NCBI RefSeq assembly: GCF_001194135.2
Contig: NC_069001.1
Location: forward strand, 316,029-380,028
Length of the DNA stretch: 64,000 bases
Source of the DNA: Octopus bimaculoides
Lineage: Eukaryota
Direction: 5' to 3'
Shown: in pieces, positions 40,098 through 52,786 of the stretch
Layout: the number at the start of each line of letters is the position of its first letter
Numbering within the stretch: position 1 is the stretch's first letter
The notes under the pieces: model-generated
The model's input: the letters and a program-made list of their open reading frames with translations, nothing else
Told to the model about the DNA's origin: nothing
The model's database searches: none
Position numbers and translations under genes: made by a program

Positions 40098-42751
40098 AGT
40101 CATGTACTGAGGTTGATATAATTAAGCAACCGCCTCCCACGAAATTGCTGGCCATGTGCCAAAATTTGAAGCAATTATTGTCATTTTTTTTCCTACCTTT
40201 TAATTTTTTTCCTTTAATATTTATTGATTTGCAGTTTCCTTTTGGACATTTTAAAATACCCCCCTGCCCTTTAATTTAGCAAAACCAACTACCTCATTCT
40301 CTCTACCTGCCACTATTCTCTTCAGAGTCACAGCTTCACTTGATACACAGTTGTAAAACAAATTCTCTGATGTCTGCTTCAGAAACTATTCCCACTGAAT
40401 TGCATCTATTGGACTGCTGTCTTCCATTTGGTTGTGGAGCAGCAACTGCCTTAATTGACGAATCACCTACTTTACCAGTTCCTTGCAGGAAAACAAAAAT
40501 AGCGAAAGAAATAAAACTGCATTCCTGTCGACAGATTATTAATACCAGTATCTATGTAATCCAGTCACTTCTATTTTTCAAACTGATTTTTTTATAGTTT
40601 CTATTGAGATTTTTTTCAAACTTTTTTTTTTCTTTTTCTTTTTCACTTTATTTCTGTGTCACCATTTTATGATGATTCTTTGCTGATGCCATAAATATAA
40701 ATAATAATGGACATGAAAAAATATATGTTACGTGTTAAAAACAAAAACAAAATAAGTAAATTCAATTGGGAAAAAAATGTACTGAAGCCTTTTGAGAAAT
40801 TGTAAATATTGATTTCTTTTCACTAGGCACAAGAGCAATTGTTTTGTTGAGAATGATTTTGATCTGGTTGCATTAACCCCCAGTATAATGTTGGTACTTA
40901 TTAACCCAAATGCAGTTTTAACTTAAAATAGTGAGCTATTTAGAGTATATACTGTAAAATGACTCAGTACATTATCCTACAATCTCTAGGATTTTGTCAA
41001 AAAATGTTTGTTTTCAAACACAGTGCTGATGGTAAACTCTTTAAAAGTCTTAAGTTAGCTTCAGTCCAGCAGGCCAATCCTTAAAAACACCTCAGTTGTA
41101 ACCATTATGTCTTTTTTTCCCTAGACAGTGAACATAGACCTACATTATAGAATGTGTTCTTGTTTTCTGAGGAATATTTGGTTGCCATTTCCAGAAGATA
41201 AAGTGACTGCATGGATACTCCCTCACTGGATCGACACAATGTGGTACACTTAAGTAAAGTATTCTAGATTGTACTGAATCACTTCTTTTGCAATTAAAAC
41301 TCATATCAACAAATCTATTTCTTTGTGACCCCAATTTTTAGAAAGTCCTATCACGAAAAATGCAAATAACTTGATTTCAAAAGAGCATAACCATCATGTG
41401 CAATATAGTCTTTTCCCCTGCAAAACCTAACTACAGTTAGAAATTCTCAGAATTCTCATTTGCCAGGAATGGTGTGTTGCAAATACCATTATTATGGGGG
41501 GGGGGGGTTGTACTGAGAAGATACTTTAATCATTTGCTGCCTTGCAGATAGAGAGTTCAAACCATGTCTTTTTGCTTTTTATGCAATGTGTGAATAGAAA
41601 AAGATTTGTAAAATAAGTAGCAGTAATACGCTGAGGTTGATTTCACTGATTATTTTCGTTCCTTTAACAAACAAATCTTTTGTTTTATATACATTTTTCT
41701 TTATAATATACACACGTTCTTTTTCTCTCTCTCACTATAATTTCATTCCTGGAGAGGAAAATAAAAATACTTTGAAAATCTGAAATATTGATCAGAATTT
41801 GTTTTTTAAATTAACACCCACATACACATGCAGACGTATTTTGTTTTATATATTTTCACATACAAAACNNNNNNNNNNNNNNNNNNNNNNNNNNNNNNNN
41901 NNNNNNNNAAGAAACTGATAAAAAGGTAACAAAATCAATTGAAAGAGTTAATATTGTTTTTGTATATATTAACTTCTTATTTCAAATATTCTTCTTTTGT
42001 CATATTTTGTTTATATATTTATATATTTATTATTAATTTATAAAGATATTTTCTGAAATTACTCTTCCAGATGGTACATACAAGTCTGTAATGTAGCTTA
42101 GCTTTTAAAGAAATTTTCTTTGGAATCAATTTTCGTTGAATAAAAGTTACAGAGTAAATGGATGCTTTTTGGAATTGATAGCGGGAAGTATTTTGAGCAA
42201 AAAAAAAAAAAAAAAGAAGGAAATAAGTAAACACACACAAAAAGAGACAGAGAGGGAGAAAGAGAGATGTATGTATATATATGAACAATAATAATAATAA
42301 ATAATTAAATAAATAAGAATATCTATCTTAAGTGCAGCTGAAATTTATAAAGTTAACTGTCTTTAGCTAGCTTTTAAGGAAAAAAAAAGCAACAAAAATA
42401 AAGAGATATATTTTTAATATTTTTAGATTAAAATAATAATGCAAATAAGTGTGAAGAAGAAGAAGAAGAAAATGTAGAAAGAATCATTGCCATACCTTTT
42501 TATATACAATGAATAAGATAATAGTGCAAATATTCATAATGATGCTGATATAAATCAAATTTGATAATGAAAATTGTTTGATTCTTTTTTTGTGTGTTTT
42601 GCTTTTTTAAATATAATAAAAATTGGAAAATGTGAGTTTAAGTTATTCAGGTTTATTTTTTGTTTTTTTATATAACAATTGTAGATGTTATTTTCTATCA
42701 AAACATAAAGAATGAGCTGGATGTTTTGCTCAATGTTCACATGCATGTATG

Positions 42752-42786
<35 letters not shown>

Positions 42787-42975
42787 AGATGGAGTATAAT
42801 ATAGATTTTGTTTTCAACTATTTCTGTGTGTTTGATGTGTGTGTGTGTGTATGCACTGTGTGTGTTTTTGTATGTGAAAAATTTAACAGTATTTTCCTCT
42901 AAATTTGTTTGAATATAAAAACACATACATACACACACACATATATATATATGTATATATGTATGTATACATATC

Positions 42976-43007
<32 letters not shown>

Positions 43008-43029
43008 CACGCGCACGCGCGCATATATA

Positions 43030-43200
43030 TATTCTTTTATTTGCTTCAGCCATTTGACTGTGGCCATACTAGAGCACCACCTTTTGTCGAACAAATCAAC
43101 CCCAGGATTTATTCTCTGTAAACCTAGTACTTATTCTATCGGTCTCTTTTGCTGAACTGCTAGGCTACGGGGATGTAAAAAAACCAACATCGTTTGTCAA
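43030..43200 (-). mobile_element. SINE family A 3' half
   Basis: cagccatttgactgtggccatactagagcacc...gtacttattctatcggtctcttttgctgaactgctagg; paralog at 58180-58330. Confidence 0.7.
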
Positions 43201-43346
43201 TTTTTATGTTTTAACATCTTGATTACCCTAACATGGGTATTAAGTAGATACTTCTTTATTTACCATCTTAATACAATTTCAAATGTGTAGCTTTTTAGGT
43301 ATATGGAGTTAAGAAGTAAAAAATACATTATATATATACATTTATA

Positions 43347-44363
43347 TTTACATACAAAAATAAGAGGAATGACCAGCAAAAGTGGACTCCTATATGCTAG
43401 AAATAGATGCCGAATCATCTAACCACGAAGAAATATGTTCTCAGTAAAAAATTAGCGACACAACTGACTGTAAAAGGGCAAGACAAATGAAAAAATACTT
43501 AAAAAAAAAAAGACGATTAACCTACGTACCATGGTTTCACCTGTTAAAATTTACGTAAGTAAATATCTGCAGGATTATCAGCGTAGTCTGTCGATTTAAA
43601 AATATAATTTCCAGAACTAGACATAAGACGTCCACCAGAAATGGAGCACGTGTAGAGTTCTACAAATTACATTCAGTGTACCCCTTCAAATGTCTTCAAT
43701 ATGGCGCGCTAAGGCCAGAAATAACTCTGCAGTTAATAAATTTTTGCAGCTAATTTACTGGTTTGAGAATATCATTATTTAAAATTTATTAATAAGGGTA
43801 GAAAATTCCTCTTATTTTTGTATGTAATATAATTTTAATCTTCGGATTTTTTTAATATGCTAGACCACTGGCTTTAATTGATTTCTACCCTTATTAATAA
43901 ATACATTTATATTTATATATATATAAATTATATTATATATATACTCTCACACATACACAACCCGANNNNNNNNNNNNNNNNNNNNNNNNNNNNNNNNNNN
44001 NNNNNNNNNNNNNNNNNNNNNNNNNNNNNNNNNNNNNNNNNNNNNNNNNNNNNNNNNNNNNNNNNNNNNNNNNAAGTATTTTTTCATTTGTCTTGCCCTT
44101 TTACAGTCTGTTGTGTCGCTAATTTTTTACTGAGAACATATTTCTTCGTGGTTAGATGATTCGGCATCTATTTCTAGCATATAGGAGTCCACTTTTGCTG
44201 GTCATTCCTCTTATTTTTGTATGTAATATAATTTTAATCTTCGGATTTTTTTAATATGCTAGACCACTGGCTTTAATTGATTTCTACCCTTATTAATAAA
44301 TACATTTATATTTATATATATATAAATTATATTATATATATACTCTCACACATACACAACCCG
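43347..44363. repeat. Near-identical ~140-bp inverted repeat plus ~160-bp direct duplication flanking an N-gap
   Basis: 43361-43500 equals the reverse complement of 44074-44212 with one mismatch seen; 43806-43965 is repeated at about 44204-44363. Confidence 0.85.
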
Positions 44364-44732
44364 ACATCAGAAGATCTGAATAAAAACTTGTATTGGTTTC
44401 CAATGATGAGTAATCTCAGGTGTTCAATTCACCTGAACGTAAACTCATTGAATTGTATTATATGTGCCACAGTATTCCACTTACAGATATACTCTTAATG
44501 TAATTCTGGGGCAGAATTAACATTAAACTTTATGTAACAACGGTGGGCCTTTGAATTATGGGCATGATCCATGCAACAGGCTTCCACAAAGTTTCCATCT
44601 AGCCACATCCAGTCATAGATGTGGTTCAACTGGTTGGTATGGTGAAAAAATAGATTCTTAAGAGGCTACACATTCGAGCAATTGAGCTTACAGCCTTACA
44701 ATTACATCCACTCTTTTTAGATACGCATATCC

Positions 44733-44763
<31 letters not shown>

Positions 44764-44926
44764 TATACACATACACACATTTATACTCATATACAATTAC
44801 TTATACAGACCTATAGGCTATTCTTTATATATAGATATATATCTCCATTTTCTATTCATCTATATATGTGAGCGTGTGTATGTATGTGTGCATATATATA
44901 TATTTCACCACACATATACATATCTA

Positions 44927-45019
<93 letters not shown>

Positions 45020-45486
45020 TATATATACATCAGTATGAAAAGAAAACATAAATCATTTAGTCAAATTAATATGTGAGAATTACCATGCTGGCCTCAGCCT
45101 AACCTGTGAATTACAAATTTGACCATGTCTGTTTAGAGTTGTTGAAATATTACTCATATCATGCAGTTGCCAATATAGTATCCATACAATATCAGCAGCG
45201 GAGAAAAAATATTTATGTTCTCAGTGGTAAATGAGACGAGATGATGATGTGCGTAAAGTTACAAAACACTTTGTGCTGCACTACACTTCATAATTTAATT
45301 AAAAATTGAAATAAGTATGTGTTTACATTCATAGATACATGCATACACACACACACAAACCATATAGAAATGGGTGTAAAAACACACACACATATATACA
45401 TACACACACACTCACACACATACACACATATACATATGACTGTGATGACGGCAAATGAATGTAGAATATTGTGTCAGCTTGCAATC

Positions 45487-45535
<49 letters not shown>

Positions 45536-45675
45536 GGCTCAGGTAATATTAATTACATGCGTTGAGAGATGGTTCAGAAAACACCTCATTCAGCCAATAA
45601 GAGCTGCCTCTCAACCTCACAGAATTACATCTGTGTATATATATATGTATATGTATATATATACATATATATGTG

Positions 45676-45721
<46 letters not shown>

Positions 45722-46310
45722 CATACATATATATATATATATATTTATAATGCCAAATTGAATCAGAGAAATGAAAAAAAAAGGCAGCAGCAAATGTGTC
45801 TGGTTAGATGTTATAATTGTGGTAGAGGAGGAGGAGGAAATCTATTTGCTGCTTCTTCCTAATGCTTTGAATCATTACCTTTTCCCAAAGCAATTGTTAA
45901 AATACATTTATAGATACAATGATGAGCTGATGGTCAGCATATTGATTAAAGACTGGAAGATAAAATGGTTCTAGATAATTGGCTTATTCCAGGGGAAACT
46001 GTTATCAGTAGCTTTGTTTCTAATAATATTTAACATAAATTTAGACTCAACGAAAGTATGCAGTGAACTAGATAAGGAAACCCTCTTCAGGCCAGAGAAT
46101 GTATCATTTGTAGTATTTGCAGATGGACACAGATTGAGTGAAAAGCAAGGAGAAAGTTATGAAAGCAACACTAAAAAGAAGAAAAAAAGCTAAATAAAAC
46201 CATTTTGCTAAATGTGCATCAGCAGAGAAATAATGGTCAGCACCGGCAGATTTTTAGATTTAAAATTCAGTCAGTGCGGATAAGTCAAAGAAGTTTCTTA
46301 GTGAATTCAT

Positions 46311-46343
<33 letters not shown>

Positions 46344-47204
46344 TGTGAGTGCCACTGAAGTATATTAGTGAAGGACGCAAACATTGATGGGAAATTAAGA
46401 AACTGGTACTTTTGAATAAAAAATAACCTTGTGCAGTATTTGTCCGGCACCAAGTTTCACAAATAAACTGTTGTCATTGCGGTCATAAGAAAAGTGGTGA
46501 ACCAGTGATTAACCCAGCTGAAATCTGTGACCAACGACGCTATTGTTCACTAAATGTAACATAATAGAATATATAAGATAAAAGTCACTAAAATAAGAGA
46601 GAGCTCTCTAAAAATATGTTTATCTACACTCTTACAATCAGTTTTAATGGTGATATTGAAAATTTGGTTTTGAAAATGTTGAAGAATTGGTTAGATTTGA
46701 ATAGATTGTGAACAATAACAGCACATTGCCACTCAAAACACACCTTTGGGCTATGTGTGAAACTGCTAACAACCTGAATTGAAGTGTCTGCAGGTCGTTA
46801 AAGGTCATAGGTTGATTATTTTAAATGATTTGAATGTCAAAGTAGCAGATCAACACGATGCTAGGATTCAAGAATTAGAACCCAAAGAATACTTGGATGA
46901 AGCAACACAAACGGAGATTTGAGAGATTTTGAAGTTGAAAAGATGGTGCTATATATAGCCAGGAGTAGTTCAGTAGTTCTTGCAGAGAAAACTTCATATT
47001 GATAATAAGATATCGTCTTTGAAAAGACAAGAGAAAAAAATGTGTATAACAGGACAAGTGTTAACTGGGAACAATAGAATGATATCTGATGAAATATGAT
47101 TAAGCAACCATATTTGATGGTATACAAGATGTCTCAAAAATATCACCCCAGGTCTTATATGCAAAGTTGGGCCTCCAGTAAGCTTTAATGTACTAAAAAC
47201 TTTT

Positions 47205-47277
47205 CCCTGAATATGCACTGAAGAAACTGGGGTACATCTAATACACCTGTGCATCTTGTATGCCGTCAAATACAGTA
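47205..47277 (+). mobile_element. pogo-like DNA transposon right terminus (relic)
   Basis: gtgcatcttgtatgccgtcaaatacag-TA (reverse complement TA-CTGTATTTGACGGCATACAAGATGCAC) resembles CCGTATTT...TATAAGACGCAC TIRs; a similar remnant lies near 58925-58955. Confidence 0.45.
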
Positions 47278-48799
47278 CTTGTAGAAAAACTGGTAATATT
47301 CCTCTTATATAAGAGAAACTCTATACTGTAGATGGAAATATTAGAAACTGAAGCTATGGACTATCAAAAGTAGCCTACATGGGTACAATGACCAACTCAC
47401 AAGAACCATCTTAACCATCTTTGTAAATAGACTACCTATATGTTTCAACTGATTTTGATGTAATGAAGATTTCAGGGGTGTTTTGCAAAATGTCTGTAAT
47501 GTAATCTGTTATATTGATGTTGACTGGTGAAAATTTGAATTGAATTATAATTAAAATCAAATGAAGACTTACTCTAATTAAACAATGACCAACTCTCAGA
47601 TTTTGATTTTGGTTTAATGAAGATTTTGGTGGTGCATAGTAAGATATCTGTAACCTAATATTTATGTTGATGTTGATTAACTGAAATTATAAATTATATT
47701 ATTTACGCTTTAATGAAATTTTGACTGAGATTTGAATTTAAATATGAACATTATTGTAGAGAGAGTCTGGGGCTGGTTGGTTGGTTTTAAAAGTAAATCC
47801 AAAACAATGATAAAGACATCACTAGAGAAAAACATGACGGAGTAAATGAAAGTTGAATAAAACTTTGAAGAACAATACCAGAAGTCCAAGACTGTTAGAC
47901 CCCCACCCCATGATATGGAATTGGAAAAGTTTGAACAATAAATTATCTATAGGTATACACACACACACACACACACATGCACCCTCTCTCTCAAACACAC
48001 ACACATACACACATNNNNNNNNNNNNNNNNNNNNNNNNNNNNNNNNNNNNNNNNNNNNNNNNNNNNNNNNNNNNNNNNNNNNNNNNNNNNNNNNNNNNNN
48101 NNNNNNNNNNNNNNNNNNNNNNNNNNNNNNNNNNNNNNNNNNNNNNNNNNNNNNNNNNNNNNNNNNNNNNNNNNNNNNNNNNNNNNNNNNNNNNNNNNNN
48201 NNNATACACATGCCCCCCCCCCAAAAAAAAAACTCAATATCTGGCATCTGTTTCCTCAGATTATAACATTGACCAACCAAAGACCTAATTTAGTCCATGT
48301 ACCAAAACCGAATTTGTGTTTTTATTGTACTGGTGTATTGGCAGGAATCTGGTATTGAAAACGAAGTGGAGAGAATGCAAAAAAATAAATAAAAGTGTCC
48401 ACTAAATGCAATCTGTAAAGGAAGTTGTTGTTGTTGTTGTTGTTGCTGAGCCCCGTCTTGACATTAAGTCGATCCATGATCAAAGGAGTTCAAGCTGTGA
48501 TCATCCTTGGTTGTTTCTTTTTTTTTGTCTTTTTTTAAGGCATAACATATCAAGGACATGAATCAATGTATAAATCCATTTCTTTTTTTAAGATGGAACA
48601 TTCTGATCTGAAAAATATTTGGTTTATATTTCTAGCAGAATAAGCAACTTTATCGAGACTCTCTTAATAATTCTATGCATAGCAACTACATTATATTTAG
48701 TACACGATATTATACTTCTCCCAAAGTATATTATTTTCCAAGAACTTACCGGTATGTTAAGAAGAGGAGTAAGGATAAAGAGAGGAGTGGCTGAGTTCC

Positions 48800-49165
48800 T
48801 TTTGACCGCTGGGCCTGACAGAAGCAAAGCGGTTGAGTTCCTTTCGAGTGTTGGGCCTCATGGAGGCAATGACCAAGACCTTTGGCATCATGTCGTGCTT
48901 GAGAAGAAGACCCATCAAGTTGAGCAAAATCGCAGTCGTGGCAGATACTGGTGTCACGCAAATGGCACCTGTGTCATCCATGCTGGTGGCACGTAAAAGC
49001 ACCCATTACACTCTCAGAGTGGTTGGCGTTAGGAAGGGCATCCAGCCGTAGAAACCTTACCAAATCAGACTAGAGTCTGGTGCAGCCTTCCAGCTTACCA
49101 GCCCTGGTCAGACTGTCCAACCCATGCCAGTATGGACAATGGAGATTAAAGGAAGATGATGATGA
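48800..49165 (+). mobile_element. RTE-like LINE 3' end (ORF C-terminus, 3' UTR and (GAT)n tail), family C
   Basis: Frameshifted FRVLGLMEAMT/DQDLWHHVVLEKKTHQVE resembles the RTE C-terminal D-x-x-W motif, followed by gagtggttggcgttaggaagggcatccagccgtagaaa...acccatgccagtatggacaatggagattaaa-gatgatgatg. Confidence 0.7.
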
Positions 49166-49284
49166 TATATATATATATGTACATATATATATATTACAGT
49201 TCTATATTTAAGAGATGAGGAATTATTTACATTATTTACATTATTTACATTTGACAGATATTCGTCCTCATCTTGTTTGTTGTT

Positions 49285-49330
49285 AACACAACGTTTCGGC
49301 TGATATACCCTCCAGCCTTCGTCAGGTGTC
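49285..49330 (-). ncRNA. Minimal type I hammerhead ribozyme (PLE-type, dimer-dependent)
   Basis: GACAC-CUGACGA-A-GGCUG-gaggguauau-CAGCC-GAAA-CG-U-U-GUGUU. Stem I is GACAC/GUGUU, stem II is 5 bp, stem III is the loopless palindrome ACGU, and the triplet is GUU. Confidence 0.85.
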
Positions 49331-49429
49331 TTGGGGAAATTTCGAACCTGGGTTCTCATTCCTATCGATGTTACTATTATTATTATTATTATTATTATTA
49401 TATTATTATTATTATTACTATTATTAATC

Positions 49430-49503
49430 AGGTCGCTGCCGTGAATCGAACTCGGAACCTTGGGGTTAGTAGCCCGCGCTCTTAACCACTACGCCATATG
49501 CCC
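49430..49503 (-). promoter_or_regulatory. tRNA-derived internal Pol III promoter (A and B boxes)
   Basis: TGGCGTAGTGG and GAGTTCGATTC at tRNA-like spacing. The acceptor stem is not paired, so it is not a tRNA gene. Confidence 0.75.
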
Positions 49504-51511
49504 GTGGGCAATTATGGGGTGAATTTTAAGGCTTATAAATCTATTNNNNNNNNNNNNNNNNNNNNNNNNNNNNNNNNNNNNNNNNNNNNNNNNNNNNNNN
49601 NNNNNNNNNNNNNNNNNNNNNNNNNNNNNNNNNNNNNNNNNNNNNNNNNNNNNNNNNNNNNNNNNNNNNNNNNNNNNNNNNNNNNNNNNNNNNNNNNNNN
49701 NNNNNNNNNNNNNNNNNNNNNNNNNNNNNNNNNNNNNNNNNNNNNNNNNNNNNNNNNNNNNNNNNNNNNNNNNNNNNNNNNNNNNNNNNNNNNNNNNNNN
49801 NNNNNNNNNNNNNNNNNNNNNNNNNNNNNNNNNNNNNNNNNNNNNNNNNNNNNNNNNNNNNNNNNNNNNNNNNNNNNNNNNNNNNNNTGTGTGTGTGTGT
49901 GTTTTGAGAGGAAGGAGGGGAGGGGGAGAGAGAGAGTTGCTTCTGTTGATACTTTCTGCTTATTGATGGTTATGCTGTAGCAATTGATAGTCTGTGAGAA
50001 TTGCTCTCCAGTGAACTTGGCAATGAGTTTTGGTTAGTTTAAAGGAGTCAGCCAAATAGAAGAAGTAGAGTGTTTAGAATGAAAATACCCTTAAAATGTC
50101 TATAAAGGTAACATAAATGACTACTAAAGAAGAATGTGCCATAAAAACAGAGCTTGAAAGACATCCTAAACAATTTCTCCAGCAAGGAATATATTTCCAA
50201 ATTACAATCCTTGGAAAGACAGAGCTGTAGATTCTAATAAGACATTAAAAAGTTCAGTGTATTCTTCACAATCCCACATTTGGAACAATCAAGTTATTAG
50301 TCTATTGCTGCCAAGCCAGACTTTGTATCTGTGCATCTGACTGTGTGTATATGTGATATAGACATATGTGATTTGCTCATATCAATATTAATGCACATGT
50401 AGATGTCATATGCGTGTGTGTATGTGTGTGTGCACATGCGTATGTGTAGTAGGCAAACCTGGTAAACTATATATTAAAAAAATAAACCACAGAGACAGGG
50501 CATCTTGCTAATGTAGTCCTAGATACATTGTGTCTGCAAAAAATGTAACAGAATGGTCACAACTGGAACTGGTGGTAGATTGTAGGATATGAAGCTATTG
50601 GTCACTAAAAAGCAAGAGGGAGAAGAATTCTTTTGTTTGTTTATTTGTTTGTTTTTTTCCTTGTGCTAGAGCAATCCTGTGGACGATACTGTAAAACCAA
50701 TGGTTTTTGACCAAAACCTGGACTGTGAGGGAGCTACAAGGCCACCTTGGTCTCTAATGAGGGTTCAAATCCTCTCAGGGCATCAGTGCAAGACCAAAAA
50801 GGGAGATTTATTGGCCCATGCCATCCATCCCTATTATTATTTGTTGGCCCTTGCAGTTGTGCCGGACAACAGGTTGTATATCAGATGTTATATTTTGGAT
50901 ACACTTAGACACCCTAAAAGGGGACAGCGACCAATAAACTCAACTACTTTGATGTTCTTGACAGAAACACACAACGGGGGAAGTGGAGAGGATCAGCGAA
51001 AATGAATGGGGGGGGGGACAAAGACATGTCCTGTAAGTTTGTGAGACATTTTAGTTGTGGTGACTTGAAAGAGGAGGGGAAGAGGGGGTGCTCTTGGTGG
51101 TGGTGGTAGGGATCAGGTCTGGTGTACACTTATATTGCTGGTTGTAGATGATGTTTATGAAAGGAGAGGTGAAAGGAAGGAGAGTGGGAGAGCGGAGTGG
51201 GGCTGTGTGGTGTTAGTTTGGTTTGTGGTCCGCTAACAAAGAGAGGACACAATGACTAACAACTAAAACAAAGCAGTAATAACAACACCAGTAGTAGTAG
51301 TAGTAGTAAAAGTAGTAGTAGTAATAGTAGTAGTAGTAGTAGTAGTAACAACAACAAACATCAGTGATGTTGGCAGTGAAGAGAAAAACTAATAATCATT
51401 GTGCTTAGAACGTTCTCCTTCCTGTACTATTGAGGATAACACAAGCCATAAATAGGGAAACATCTAGAGAGTAAGGGGCAGGTGGCAGAGGGAGAGAGAG
51501 AGAGAGAGAGT

Positions 51512-51562
<51 letters not shown>

Positions 51563-52159
51563 GGAGGATGGCGAAAGTGGGGGGGACAGAAGTGAGGACA
51601 TAGGGGATGAATAGGGAAATCCATGGAAAGGTAAAGAGCAGGTGTGTGTGAGAGAGAGAGAACATAATCAATAGATAGGGAATTATATAGAAAGGGTGGT
51701 AGCAGGTGAGAGAGAGAGAGGGGAGATGGAGAGGTAGGTGGTTGATGATTTTGATGAAGAGAGAGAGAGAGAGAGAGAGATGGTGCACCCTGAAGAAGTA
51801 ATAGACTTTCCTTTCTTTCATTCTCTCTGTCTTTCTTTTTAGGTTGGACACAAAAATATAACAGTTCCATGTTTATCATTAGTTGTATTGTATTAGCAAA
51901 AACTTGATCCTTTAGATTTATTCCATCCACATTCCAACCCCATTAATACACACCCCAAGCTCTTCATTTAAGAACAGATATTTGGCTTTATGAAGAAAAA
52001 GATATTTCAAAAAAATTTATAGCAGAAATTTGAAAACTGCCATTGCAAGTGAGGAGTACCGACTGTCCTAACTAACCAACAAGTAAAAGGGATCCAAGAT
52101 GATATAGAACGTACTCTGGCCACAGTTGCTGTGTTTTTCAACCATTATTACACTTTCAG

Positions 52160-52365
52160 TTAAGTTGGCAACCTGGCAGAATCATGAGAACACTGGACAA
52201 AATTCCAAGTGGTATTTCATCTGACTCATTATATTCTGAGTTCTAATTCCAACAGAGTCAACTTCACTTTTCTTCCTTTCGATAAAATAAAAGTATCAGT
52301 TGAGCATAGGGGTTGAAGCCCTCCTCTCAAATTACTGGCCTAGTGACAAAATGTGAAACCACTAT
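52160..52365 (+). mobile_element. SINE family B, near full length
   Basis: ggcaacctggcagaatcatgagaacactggacaaaatt...ttctgagttctaattcc...tcgataaaataaaagtatcagttgagca...ggcctagtgacaaaatgtgaaacc. Confidence 0.7.
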
Positions 52366-52429
52366 TACACTGTTGATCACAATCTACTTATTTCAAGTCC
52401 CTGTTTGTGTGTCCTCTATATCTACTTTA

Positions 52430-52544
52430 GTTGTTTGTGAAATGTAAAGTCACAAAGTTATTTTATTAAATTCTTTGTTTTATTTAGAATTAATTAAAGG
52501 AAACACAGAGCATCTCAACAGAAATATGGTGACGAAAGGGTTAA
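52430..52544 (-). mobile_element. piggyBac-like MITE terminus, same family as 1860-2046
   Basis: Ends ...aaatatggtgacgaaaggg-TTAA (52541-52544), i.e. TTAA-CCCTTTCG on minus. Confidence 0.6.
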
Positions 52545-52682
52545 TGTGTCTTCCATGCTGACATAGGTTGGACAGTTTGACAGAAGTTGGAAAGCCAGAA
52601 GACTATGCCAAGCACCAACCTCTGCTTTGGCATAATTTTTGCAACTGGATGCCCTTCCTAACACAAACCACTTTACAGAGTG
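52545..52682 (-). mobile_element. Family C 3' tail
   Basis: ttccatgctgacataggttggacagtttgac...ctggatgcccttcctaacacaaacca. Confidence 0.7.
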
Positions 52683-52693
52683 GATATACATAC

Positions 52694-52786
<93 letters not shown>

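Larger units (their letters stand above)
49196..49503 (-). mobile_element. tRNA-headed short element carrying a hammerhead ribozyme
   Basis: On minus: tRNA-like head (A box 49486-49496, B box 49443-49453), (AAT)n spacer, hammerhead 49285-49330, and a 3' stem-loop with (GTAAATAAT)x3. Confidence 0.8.

Noticed and set aside
44403-44436. ATGATGA...CTGA C/D-box-like pair around a TCAGGTG/CACCTGA hairpin
   Set aside because: Too short for a snoRNA and has no terminal stem.
45993-46193. 66-codon open plus-strand frame ending KKKKKS*
   Set aside because: Modest acceptor, no upstream exon linked and no homology recognised; consistent with chance.
48619-48996. 125-aa ORF with a hydrophobic N-terminal half
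   Set aside because: The C-terminal half is the RTE-like repeat, so the ORF is a chimera of unique DNA and a retroelement.
49430-49503. Possible tRNA gene
   Set aside because: The acceptor stem does not pair and the anticodon and T stems are mismatched; treated as a SINE head.
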